From NCBI GenBank assembly GCA_965262915.1, contig OZ253564.1:1312001-1376000 (forward strand): DNA of 64,000 nt, given 5' to 3'. Below the pieces are notes generated by a model, which made no database searches, was not told the origin of the DNA, and saw only the letters and a list, made by a program, of their open reading frames with translations. This document shows, piece by piece, positions 1 to 8,897 of the stretch. Both the position numbers and the translations under genes were made by a program. The stretch is from Candidatus Spongiisociaceae bacterium (GTDB taxonomy: Bacteria > Actinomycetota > Acidimicrobiia > Spongiisociales > Spongiisociaceae). Numbering within the stretch: position 1 is the stretch's first letter; the number at the start of each line of letters is the position of its first letter.

Positions 1-2
1 AC

Positions 3-179
3 TACCTGGGCAGCCCCCGCAACCCCATGACCCGGGAACAACTGGAGGCCAAGTTCGTACGGAACGCGTCGGTCGTGGTCGGCGACTCCCGGGCGAGGGA
101 AATGGCGGCCGTCTTCGGCGCTCTTGAGGAATTGGACGACATCCGCAAGCTCACCCGGCTGTTCTCGCCATCGCCCTGA
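3..179 (+). CDS. MmgE/PrpD family protein, C-terminal end (gene starts before window)
   Basis: Hand translation YLGSPRNPMTREQLEAKF...FSPSP*; GSP.NPM....L..KF is the typical MmgE/PrpD C-terminal motif. Confidence 0.75.
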   Translation, partial: YLGSPRNPMTREQLEAKFVRNASVVVGDSRAREMAAVFGALEELDDIRKLTRLFSPSP

Positions 180-305
180 CGGTCACGCCCCACTTGCATT
201 CGAAGGCGGTGTCAGACCGGTATCGGGCTAGGAAGGACCAGGAGTCTCCATCATTGGATTGTGTTCTATTGGTCAAAGAGGTATGAAGCGGGTTTAGTTC
301 GGTTA

Positions 306-327
306 TGTCATAGGTATCGTGTATGAT
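306..327 (+). promoter_or_regulatory. RecA-NDp/PafBC-like DNA-damage promoter
   Basis: TGTCAT-N10-TATGAT resembles the mycobacterial TGTCRG-N10-TAnnnT motif; ATG at 336 fits a leaderless start. Confidence 0.5.
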
Positions 328-343
328 ACGAACATATGTACGA
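328..343 (+). promoter_or_regulatory. Actinobacterial LexA (SOS) box overlapping start codon
   Basis: ACGAAC-ATAT-GTACGA versus consensus TCGAAC-N4-GTTCGA. Confidence 0.6.
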
Positions 344-1705
344 CTTCCTACTCGACATCGCCGATCAGGACACCATCCAACCCGCCCCTGTGATCGCGCC
401 GGTGGGGGATCGGTCGCATCTCGATGTGTATATGACCCGCTATCAGAAGCAGCGGCAGCGTGTCTATGACCGGGCCCGGCATCTGGTCGATGGCCGCAAC
501 CATTCCCGTGTTGAGGTGCGGGATGCCAAGGCCGAAGCGGGCTTAGTCGGTAGCGAGGCCAGGATCAGCCGGGAGCGGGGAGCCCAGCTCATGTGGGTGC
601 GTAGCTTGGTGCAAAACACGGCGCGGTCCGGTACGGGTATCGCAGCACGGTAGACCTGGTGGTCTCCCGTGCCGATATGCATCGTTCGACGGCGCGGGAT
701 CTGGTGTATCTGGCGCAGCGGCTGCGCGAGGGCGAGATCGAGCGGATACGGGCGGGTGAGGTCTCCTACACCCGGGTGTTGGAGGAGACCCGCCTCGGTG
801 AGGCCGGCGCCCCGGCGGAGGAGATCGCCCGAACCCGGGATATGGACCTCGACTCGGTGAGACGGGTCGCACAGAAGCGCCGCAAGGTGACCCGCAGCGA
901 CGAGCGGAAGGCCTTCGAGAGCCAGTATGTGGCGTTCCAGCCGTCGTTGGACGGTACCCACATGCGGGTGATGGGACGGCTGGGCGCTTACGAAGGAGAG
1001 ATCTGCCGCAAAGCCCTCGACCGGCCGGGCGATGAGATGGTACCGGCGGGTGAAACCCGGCCCGAAGCGGGAACACGCCGAGCGTTGGCGCTCACCACAC
1101 TATGTATGGACGAACTGGACCGCAGCCCCACCTCCACCCGAACAGGCGAGGGCACTGTTCCTTCAGGAAGCCGTCGGGAGCCCCTCCTCATGGTGGTAGC
1201 CGACGGCCCCCTAACCCAGGCATCCGACTTCGAGCAGGGCGCCGCGATCCTCGCCGGACCGCGGGTCGGACCCGACACCATCGACCTCATCCTCTGTACT
1301 GGCAGAACCGCAAACATCACTACCACAGGACAGCACATCACCAACCACACCTCGACCACTTCCATACGCCCCGGGTTGCGGAGAGCGGTCCTCGCCCGCG
1401 ACGACGGATGCACCATCGACGGCTGCAGCTCCACCTACCGTCTCGAAGTCCACCACATCCTCGAACTATCAAAGGGCGGGGACAACTCGGCGGAGAACCT
1501 CACCACCCTGTGCTGGTGGCACCACCACGTCGCCGTACACCGCCAAGGCATGCGCATCGACCCCCAATCCCCACCCCGCAGAAGACGGCTACTACACCCC
1601 CGGGCCAACTGCGGCTACCAACCCCCACCCCCCGCCCCCCACACCCTCGCCATACTCCGCGCCCTCAACACACCCACCAACCGTGCCCCACCCCGACCGG
1701 GGTAG
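336..1705 (+). pseudogene. DUF222/13E12-type HNH endonuclease, split by frameshift near 630-660
   Basis: ORFs 336-653 and 659-1705 are in different frames; C-terminal RDDGCTIDGC...EVHHI...GG...ENLTTLCWWHH is an HNH motif. Confidence 0.75.
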
Positions 1706-1789
1706 TGACCGCCTAGCCGAATTGGTGGTCCCGCTGATCGGGGACTGCCTAGTCTCCTGCGCGAGGATGAAACCGACCAAGCTTCCCCC

Positions 1790-2424
1790 CTCGGCTATTA
1801 CCTGGCGTATGAAGCGCGCAACTGGCCGGAGTGTCGGGTGACCGCATCGGCCAATGGGCACGATACGGCTACATATGTTCGTCGCAGTCTGATGGCCCGC
1901 CACGGATCTACTCGTACCAGGACGTAGCCGAGGCGATCGTGGTCCATGGGCTGATTCGCGACGGTATGCCGATGAGGAACGTTCGCATGGCAGTCTGGAA
2001 CCTACGGGATGAGTTCGGACCCTGGCCGCTTCAGGACGCACCCCTGTACCGCGAACTGGATCGTCGGATCCTGCTGCTGGACTCGGGCGAACTGTGGGAA
2101 GTTGACGCCAAGAAGATGCCGGGGCACGGTGTGATCTACCCGACGGTGCAGCAAGACCTCAAGCAGATCGCCCCCGACCTTCGTAGAGGAGGCTGGGCAG
2201 TTTGCGAACGCCCCGACCTCGAACACATCGAGGTCAACCCGCAGCGGCTGTCCGGTCGCCCCACCATCAAGGGCCGTCGCATACCGGCCCGTTTCGTTGC
2301 AGAGACGGCCCGAACCGCCGGCGGCAGGGAGCTACTCCGGACAGATTTCGACCTCGAACCATCTCAGATCGACGACGCGGTCTCCTGGCTCGAATCCGTC
2401 GACTCAAATCTCGCTGCCGCATAG
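1790..2424 (+). CDS. MerR-like HTH + DUF433 antitoxin-like protein (Rv2018/VapB45 type), probable 5' frameshift near 1815
   Basis: ORF 1831-2424 has IGQWARYGYI...YSYQDV and IEVNP..LSGRPTIKGRRIP (DUF433); upstream GYYLAYEA is in another frame; no PIN toxin follows. Confidence 0.7.
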
Positions 2425-2507
2425 TTCGTGCGGGCCCGTCCCGCCTCCGTTAGTAACATCATCATGTCCCGGCATGGTGGCCGGCTGGAGTCCTGGGGAG
2501 GCGGAAC

Positions 2508-2918
2508 ATGGAAGCGGTGCTGATCATCGGACGGATTCTCTTCTCTCTGATATTCCTAGGGGCCGGGATAGGTCACCTCGTCAAGCCCAAGGAAACGGCC
2601 GCGTATGCCGAGTTAAGAGGCGTTCCTGCTGCTGACTGGCGAGTCCGCGTCTCGGGTGTACTCATCGCCGCGGGCGGCCTCGGTGTCATCCTCGGTGTGT
2701 GGATGGACCTCGCCGCGCTCGGACTAACCGCCTACGTACTGATCGCCGCCTTCCTGGTTCATCACTTCTGGTCCGACGAAGAGCCCACCAGGACTACGGA
2801 AATGGCCATGTTCATGAAGAACCTCGCCATCGCCGGCGCCGGTTTGATCATCTTCGCACTGTCGGCCAGAGGCGCCGACATGGGCTGGGAACTGGGAACC
2901 AGCGCCTTCAACCTCTGA
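2508..2918 (+). CDS. DoxX family membrane protein
   Basis: GRILFSLIF...HHFW...MFMKNLAIAG motifs; about four TM segments. Confidence 0.9.
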   Translation: MEAVLIIGRILFSLIFLGAGIGHLVKPKETAAYAELRGVPAADWRVRVSGVLIAAGGLGVILGVWMDLAALGLTAYVLIAAFLVHHFWSDEEPTRTTEMAMFMKNLAIAGAGLIIFALSARGADMGWELGTSAFNL

Positions 2919-2936
2919 GCCGATATCATTGGAGTC

Positions 2937-3200
2937 ATGGCTTCGGCTGAGATGATTCGCGGTGCCCGGCATCGGTCGGGCCTCTCGCTCCCGGCTCTCG
3001 CCGAGCGAGTCGGCATCCCGAATTCGGAGATGGCGGCTTACGAGACCGGGACGGAGACTCCCGATCCCGAGATACTGGATTGGATCCTCGCCTGCGCCGC
3101 CCTTGATCGAGGCGAGGAGTTGGAGGCCCTTCTCGAACTCGCCGAGCAGTTCCCCGCCCGATACAGGCCCACACTCGAGTATCCCGTGTTCGGTCGGTGA
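2937..3200 (+). CDS. XRE-family HTH protein (putative antitoxin)
   Basis: IRGARHRSGLSLPALAERVG...YETG..TP HTH_3 pattern; 4-nt overlap with next gene. Confidence 0.8.
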   Translation: MASAEMIRGARHRSGLSLPALAERVGIPNSEMAAYETGTETPDPEILDWILACAALDRGEELEALLELAEQFPARYRPTLEYPVFGR

Positions 3201-3724
3201 ACCTCACCGAGCGCATAGTTGCCATCCATGAAGCCTTGGAGTCCGGCCGTATCCCTCACGCCTTCGGTGGTGCCCTTGCGCTGGCCTGGTGTGTCCCCCG
3301 TCCCCGGGCCACCATCGACATAGACGTGAATCTGTTCGTGAAGAAGGCGGACGCGGTGGCGGCATTGGAAGCACTTCCTCAAGGCATAGCTGTGAGCGCA
3401 GCAACTCATCGGGCAATCGCTAGAGACGGTCAGGCCCGGCTCCGGTGGAATGAGACACCCGTCGATGTCTTCTTCAACACCACGTCCTTCCACGACGAGG
3501 TAGCTCAGCGGGTACGGCGGGAGTTCTTCGGTGGATCCTGGATTCCGTTCCTCGCATGCCGCGACTTGGCGGTCTTCAAGGCTTTCTTCAACCGATCCCA
3601 GGACTGGGTGGACCTCGAGAACATGGTCGTGTCCCGGAGCATCGACGTCGAAGAGGTGGCGGATACACTCGCCCACCACCTTGGCGCTGACGATCTCCGG
3701 GTTCGCCGCCTTCGCAGCTTGTGA
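3197..3724 (+). CDS. Nucleotidyltransferase (AbiEii/DUF6036-like; putative toxin)
   Basis: AFGGALAL...PRATIDIDV NTase motif and C-terminal K...R.QDWVDL. Confidence 0.7.
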   Translation: MNLTERIVAIHEALESGRIPHAFGGALALAWCVPRPRATIDIDVNLFVKKADAVAALEALPQGIAVSAATHRAIARDGQARLRWNETPVDVFFNTTSFHDEVAQRVRREFFGGSWIPFLACRDLAVFKAFFNRSQDWVDLENMVVSRSIDVEEVADTLAHHLGADDLRVRRLRSL

Positions 3725-3894
3725 ATACGTCCGCTGTCTGCGAAGGGCTTCGGTCCGCGGTGGGTGCTGACCGAGGCTTCCGGGCATCCGCCCTGCGTCG
3801 GCTCCCTGCCTACCGATTCCCGTAGCGGGTCCGCCCAAGGGCTGGAGGTGCCCACTGGTAGAGTCGCAGCGCTCGTCTGAGGAGGGTTCCGGCT

Positions 3895-5088
3895 ATCGAA
3901 GGATCACTGCCACTGGAGGGGATACGCGTCGTTGATGCGTCGACCCTGATCGCCGGGCCTCTGGCGGCCACGATCCTGTCCGACTTCGGTGCCGACGTGA
4001 TCAAGATCGAGCATCCCCGTGGGGATCCGATCCGAGATCACGGTCATGCGAAGGACGGGGTTCCGCTGTGGTGGAAGGTTGTTGGGCGCAACAAGCGTGC
4101 CGTGACCCTTAACCTGTCCAAGGAGGCCGGCCAGGAGATCCTCATCAAGCTCGTCGAGCGGTCCGATGTGCTAATCGAGAACTTCCGGCCGGGAACGTTC
4201 GAGCGGTGGAACCTGAGGCCGGAGCGGCTGCACGCCGTCAACCCCCGGCTCATCATCACCCGTGTTACCGGGTTCGGCCAGTTCGGGCCCTACTCGTCGA
4301 GACCAGGCTTCGGGACCCTTGCCGAGTCGATGAGCGGATTCGCTCACATGACCGGAGAGCCCGACGGGCCACCCACCCTGCCGCCTTTCGGACTGGCCGA
4401 CGGCATCGCTGCCCAGGCCACTGCCAACGCCATCCTCATGTGCCTCTACAACCGCGATGCGCGCGACGGCGGCGGGCAGATCATCGACGTGGCGATCATC
4501 GAGCCGATCCTCACTGTGCTCGGTTCCCAACCGACTGTCTACGACCAGTTGGGGATCGCGCAGCGCCGCTCCGGCAACCGTTCAGTGAACAACGCTCCCC
4601 GCAATACCTACAAGACCAGGGATGGACACTGGGTAGCTATCTCGACCAGCGCCCAGAGTGTGGCGGAACGGGTGATGAGGTTGGTGGGGCACCCCGAGGT
4701 GATCGCCGAGCCGTGGTTCGACTCGGGTCGGGAGCGCGCCAAACACGCCGACTTGCTCGACGGCTACGTCGGATCGTGGATCGGGAGTCGGGATCTAGGG
4801 GAGGTGGTGGACGCTTTTGAGAAGGCCCAGGCTGCGGTTGCACCGATCTACGACGCGAAAGGAATCCTCGACGACCCCCAGTACCAGGCCCTCGAATCGA
4901 TAGTCACCATCGAGGACCCCGAGTTGGGGCCAGTGAAGATGCAGAACGTGATGTTCCGGCTCAGCGAGACTCCCGGCCACATTCGTTGGGCGGGGAGGCC
5001 ACTTGGCGCAAACAATCGTTCCGTTTACGCGGAACTTGGACTCTCGGAACGCGAGATCGACGACTTGGCTGGTGCCGGGGTGATCTGA
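3895..5088 (+). CDS. CaiB/BaiF class III CoA-transferase (start codon uncertain)
   Basis: Frame extends upstream of the tracked 3997 start with PLEGIRVVDASTLIAGPLAATILSDFGADVIKIE; ENFRPG motif. Confidence 0.85.
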   Translation: MEGSLPLEGIRVVDASTLIAGPLAATILSDFGADVIKIEHPRGDPIRDHGHAKDGVPLWWKVVGRNKRAVTLNLSKEAGQEILIKLVERSDVLIENFRPGTFERWNLRPERLHAVNPRLIITRVTGFGQFGPYSSRPGFGTLAESMSGFAHMTGEPDGPPTLPPFGLADGIAAQATANAILMCLYNRDARDGGGQIIDVAIIEPILTVLGSQPTVYDQLGIAQRRSGNRSVNNAPRNTYKTRDGHWVAISTSAQSVAERVMRLVGHPEVIAEPWFDSGRERAKHADLLDGYVGSWIGSRDLGEVVDAFEKAQAAVAPIYDAKGILDDPQYQALESIVTIEDPELGPVKMQNVMFRLSETPGHIRWAGRPLGANNRSVYAELGLSEREIDDLAGAGVI

Positions 5089-5091
5089 GCC

Positions 5092-5892
5092 ATGGACCTT
5101 CAACAGCTGACCCGAGCTCGGGTCATCGATCTGGCCCATCCCATGGAACGGGGAATGCCGGTTTCCCCCAACCATCCGGCCTTCGAGATAGCGATGATGC
5201 GGCGGCATGGTGACGTGGTCCGCCCCGACGGTGGGTCGGCCGCCAACGAGATGATCACCCTCGGCGGTCACGTGGGTACCCACATCGACGCTTTGGGGCA
5301 TGTGTCACAGGACGGCCTGCTCCATGGTGGCGTTGAGGCCTCGGACGTGCAGACCAACCGCGGCCTCGGAGCTCTAGGAATCGACATGGTGGAACCCATC
5401 GTGGGCCGAGGGGTGCTGCTCGATGTGGCGGCGTTTCACGGGATCGAATGCCTTCCCCCTGCCTACGAGATCACTGTTGAGGATCTGGAGGCGGCCGAGC
5501 AGGCCGGTGGAGTGGGAGTGCGGACTGGGGACTCGGTGCTCATCAGGACAGGCTGGGCCGCGCACTGGGGTGATCCGGACCTGTTCCGGGGTCAGATCGA
5601 CGGTGCTCCGGGCCCAGGAGCCGCGGGGGGACGGTGGCTTGCCGACCGGCGCGTGCGCCTGGTGGGAGGAGAGACCATCGCCTTCGAGGTGATCCGCCCG
5701 GGCGCCGGTCACGCCACCTTGCCCGTCCACCGCATCCTGCTGGTGGAGGCCGGTATCCATATCGTCGAAACCATGAACCTGACGGAACTCGCGGCGACCG
5801 GATCGGCGGAGTTCGTGCTGGTGGTGGCCCCGCTCAAGATCGTGGGAGGCACCGGGTCGCCTATCCGCCCGATCGCGCTGATCGATGGCTGA
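5092..5892 (+). CDS. Cyclase family metal-dependent hydrolase (kynurenine formamidase-like)
   Basis: HVGTHIDALGH motif; GGTGSPIRP C-terminus. Confidence 0.9.
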   Translation: MDLQQLTRARVIDLAHPMERGMPVSPNHPAFEIAMMRRHGDVVRPDGGSAANEMITLGGHVGTHIDALGHVSQDGLLHGGVEASDVQTNRGLGALGIDMVEPIVGRGVLLDVAAFHGIECLPPAYEITVEDLEAAEQAGGVGVRTGDSVLIRTGWAAHWGDPDLFRGQIDGAPGPGAAGGRWLADRRVRLVGGETIAFEVIRPGAGHATLPVHRILLVEAGIHIVETMNLTELAATGSAEFVLVVAPLKIVGGTGSPIRPIALIDG

Positions 5893-7315
5893 AGGTCTCG
5901 TAGTACGCCTCGGTCATTTCGCGGCGGCGCTACGCGACGCCGGTTTGAACGAGGATGTAGCCGCCAACGTGCACGACCGCATTCTGGACGTGCTCGGCGT
6001 CGGCCTTGCCGCCCGAGGTGAGGATGCGGGGAAGGCAACGCTCGGTCTGGTGCGAAGCCAGGGGGGAATTGCGGAGTCGACGGTGTGGGGTGAGCAGGAT
6101 CGGCTTCCCGCAGCTGCGGCGGCGCTGGTTAACGGGACCCATTGCCATGCCCTCGACTTCGACGACACCCACCTGCCTTCGGTGTTGCATCCGTCCGCCT
6201 CGGTGGTTCCGGCGGCCTTGGCCGCCGCCGAAGCGGTTGACGCGTCAGGCACCGAGTTGATGGCGGCGGTGGCCGCGGGCACCGAGATATGCATCAGGCT
6301 GGGAATGGCGTCCTACGATCCCGAGATCCGCAACTCGATCTTCTTCGAGAACGGTCTCCATGCAACCTCGGTCTGCGGAGCCTTGGCATCGGCCGCGGCG
6401 GCGGCTGCGCTGCTCGGACTGGACGGTGAAGGTATTGCCCACGCTATAGGCATAGCGGCGAGCATGGGGGCCGGGATCATCGAAGCCAACCGCACCGGGG
6501 GCAGTGTGAAGCGGATCCACTGCGGATGGGCGGCGCACGCCGGTGTGTCCGCCGCCCAACTGGCCTTGCACGGTTTGACTGGACCCCCGACCGTCCTCGA
6601 AGGCCGTTTCGGGTTCTACCGGGCCTATTCGGAAGGCCGTTTCGATACTGATGCGTTGGTGGGCGGACTGGGCGATAGATGGGATCTGCTACGGGTCTGG
6701 TACAAGCCATATCCGACCAACCACTTCACCCATGCCGGAATCGACGCCGCACTGGCCATTGTTGGCGAAGGCGTCGATACGGCCGATATCGAAGCGATCG
6801 AGCTGGGCGTTCCCCAGCCGGTGTTACGGACCATCGCCCAGCCGCCGGAAGTGAAGGCCCGCCCCACCAGCCCCTACACAGCCCGGTTCAGCGGCCCGTT
6901 CTGCGTGGCCGCCGCCCTCGTCGGGGGAGGCGGGCTCGGTGTCTATCTGGACGACTTCACCGCAGACACGATCAGGGATACCGAACGGATTCGCCTCGCC
7001 GGTCTGGTGACTTGCTATGCCGACGAGGAGGCCACCGACATCTTCCCCCACCAGTTCCCCGGCGTGCTGCGAGCCAGGCTGCGAGACGGTTCTGTGGTAG
7101 AGCATCGGGTGCGACACAATCGGGGCGGGCCCGAGAACCCCCTATCGGCCGAGCAACTGGCACTGAAGTTCAGGCTGAACGCCAATCTCTCCATGAGCCC
7201 ACCAGCCGTCGCTGCCATTCAGGAGGCAGTGAGTTCACTAGGGGTGGTCAGGGCTCGAGACCTTGCGGAAGTCCTTGCCGAGCCGGAGAGCCGGTCGCAA
7301 GCCGGTTCCGGCTAG
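5885..7315 (+). CDS. MmgE/PrpD family protein
   Basis: HALDFDDTH...HPS, KRIHCG, KPYP..HFTH and GGPENP motifs. Confidence 0.9.
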   Translation: MAEGLVVRLGHFAAALRDAGLNEDVAANVHDRILDVLGVGLAARGEDAGKATLGLVRSQGGIAESTVWGEQDRLPAAAAALVNGTHCHALDFDDTHLPSVLHPSASVVPAALAAAEAVDASGTELMAAVAAGTEICIRLGMASYDPEIRNSIFFENGLHATSVCGALASAAAAAALLGLDGEGIAHAIGIAASMGAGIIEANRTGGSVKRIHCGWAAHAGVSAAQLALHGLTGPPTVLEGRFGFYRAYSEGRFDTDALVGGLGDRWDLLRVWYKPYPTNHFTHAGIDAALAIVGEGVDTADIEAIELGVPQPVLRTIAQPPEVKARPTSPYTARFSGPFCVAAALVGGGGLGVYLDDFTADTIRDTERIRLAGLVTCYADEEATDIFPHQFPGVLRARLRDGSVVEHRVRHNRGGPENPLSAEQLALKFRLNANLSMSPPAVAAIQEAVSSLGVVRARDLAEVLAEPESRSQAGSG

Positions 7316-7340
7316 ACGCGCCGGACTTCATCCGGAGCGG

Positions 7341-7446
7341 TCCGCATTGTAGGACGGGTTCACTCCAGACTGTGGGATAACACTCAGCCAAGTCGTTGAT
7401 TTACTGTTGTCCCTTCTGTGGGATAGATCGAGTCCAGACTGTAGGA
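7341..7446. promoter_or_regulatory. Operator-like direct-repeat array, 23-bp period
   Basis: TCC-N4-TGTRGGA at 7341, 7364, 7410 and 7433, with a degenerate slot at 7387. Confidence 0.5.
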
Positions 7447-7480
7447 TCATCAGCAGAGGTAAGCGAAGAGGGTTAGCAGG

Positions 7481-8752
7481 ATGAACGAGAGGCTCATACC
7501 CGGGGGCTATCTTCCCCGGCTAGCCGACGATGAGGTCCGATCTGTCATGGAGTCCTCGGCGGCGGTGGTCATCGAGGGCCCCAAGAGCTGTGGCAAGACT
7601 TGGACGGGACTACGCCACTCCCGCAGCGCCGTCATGTTGGACCGCGACCCGGACGCCCGGCTGTCCGCGGCTGTGAATCCGGCCCCTCTACTCAACGGGC
7701 CGTATCCCAGGCTCTTGGATGAATGGCAGACAGCTCCGGAGTTGTGGAACGCGGTCCGCGGTGCGTGCGACGACGGGACGGGCCCGGGTCGTTTCATTCT
7801 GACCGGATCCGCTGTCCCGGCTGATGACACCACCAGGCACTCCGGCGCCGGCCGTATCCGACGGGTACGGATGCGACCGATGTCGTTGTTCGAGTCTGGA
7901 GAGTCCACCGGCGAGGTGTCTCTCGGGACACTTCTCGACGGCGGCGGATGCACCGCGGGCCGACCCGATATGGATTTCAGGGGCTTGGTCGAGTCAGTAT
8001 GCAGGGGCGGATGGCCTCGTCTCCTCAAGCTCCCTCCGGCGCAGGCCCAAGCGGAACTCCGGGCCTACCTCGACGAGATCTGCCGTACCGATATATCTCG
8101 GGTCGACACAACGCGTCGCAATCCGGTGGGCGTTAGCCGGCTGCTCACTTCAGTGGCCCGAAATGTGGCAACTGAAGCGTCGATTTCCAAACTTGCAGCC
8201 GACACCGGGGGCGAGCGGCCGGTCGACCGAACCATCGCCAAGGCCTACTTACAGGCCCTCCAAAGGCTGTTCGTGGTAGAGGATGTGCCGCGTTGGCCCA
8301 CCCACCTTCGTTCGCGCAAGCCGCTTCGCGGCGTGCCGAAGCGCCACTTGGTGGATCCATCGTTGGCGGCGGCGCAACTGCGCGCGACGCCTATGAAGCT
8401 CGAAGCCGAGTTGCGCTACTTCGGTTTCCTCTTCGAGTCATTGGTGGTGAGGGATCTCCGGATCTACGGGCAGCCGGCCGACTCCCTTGTATGGCACTAC
8501 CGCGACAGCGACGGGCTTGAGGTGGACATCATCGTCGAGGCCGGTGACGGCCGCTGGATCGCCATAGAGGTCAAACTCGGCAGCGAGCGGCTGATCGACG
8601 CCGGCGCTGCGTCACTGCTGCGGCTTCGTGCCAAAGCGGTGGCCGATCGGATCGAACCGCCCGCCAAACTGCTGGTGGTCACCGCCACCGGGTTCGGCTA
8701 CGAGCGCCGCGACGGCGTGGCGGTGGTGCCTATCACCGCGTTGGGTCCCTGA
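7481..8752 (+). CDS. AAA_14 ATPase + DUF4143 (PD-(D/E)XK-like) protein
   Basis: GPKSCGKT Walker A, LLDEWQ Walker B, FILTGS, YRDSDGLEVDIIVE...IEVK. Confidence 0.9.
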   Translation: MNERLIPGGYLPRLADDEVRSVMESSAAVVIEGPKSCGKTWTGLRHSRSAVMLDRDPDARLSAAVNPAPLLNGPYPRLLDEWQTAPELWNAVRGACDDGTGPGRFILTGSAVPADDTTRHSGAGRIRRVRMRPMSLFESGESTGEVSLGTLLDGGGCTAGRPDMDFRGLVESVCRGGWPRLLKLPPAQAQAELRAYLDEICRTDISRVDTTRRNPVGVSRLLTSVARNVATEASISKLAADTGGERPVDRTIAKAYLQALQRLFVVEDVPRWPTHLRSRKPLRGVPKRHLVDPSLAAAQLRATPMKLEAELRYFGFLFESLVVRDLRIYGQPADSLVWHYRDSDGLEVDIIVEAGDGRWIAIEVKLGSERLIDAGAASLLRLRAKAVADRIEPPAKLLVVTATGFGYERRDGVAVVPITALGP

Positions 8753-8897
8753 CGGCTCTCAGGTCGTGTGCGATGTCTCCCAGGGACAACCTCCCGAGGT
8801 GGAGATGACGGGCTCTCCGCTCAGATCCGTTGGGTAGATCTCGACGCATTCGCCTTCGGGGCTGAGGAACGTCGCCAGCCTTGCGGGTCCGGTGTGT

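Noticed and set aside
228-1752. Defined ends for the HNH element at CTAG 228 and 1713/1749
   Set aside because: Only weak inverted similarity; boundaries cannot be supported by eye.
7341-7446. Mini-CRISPR or plasmid iterons
   Set aside because: The 23-bp period is too short for repeat-spacer units and no rep gene is present.
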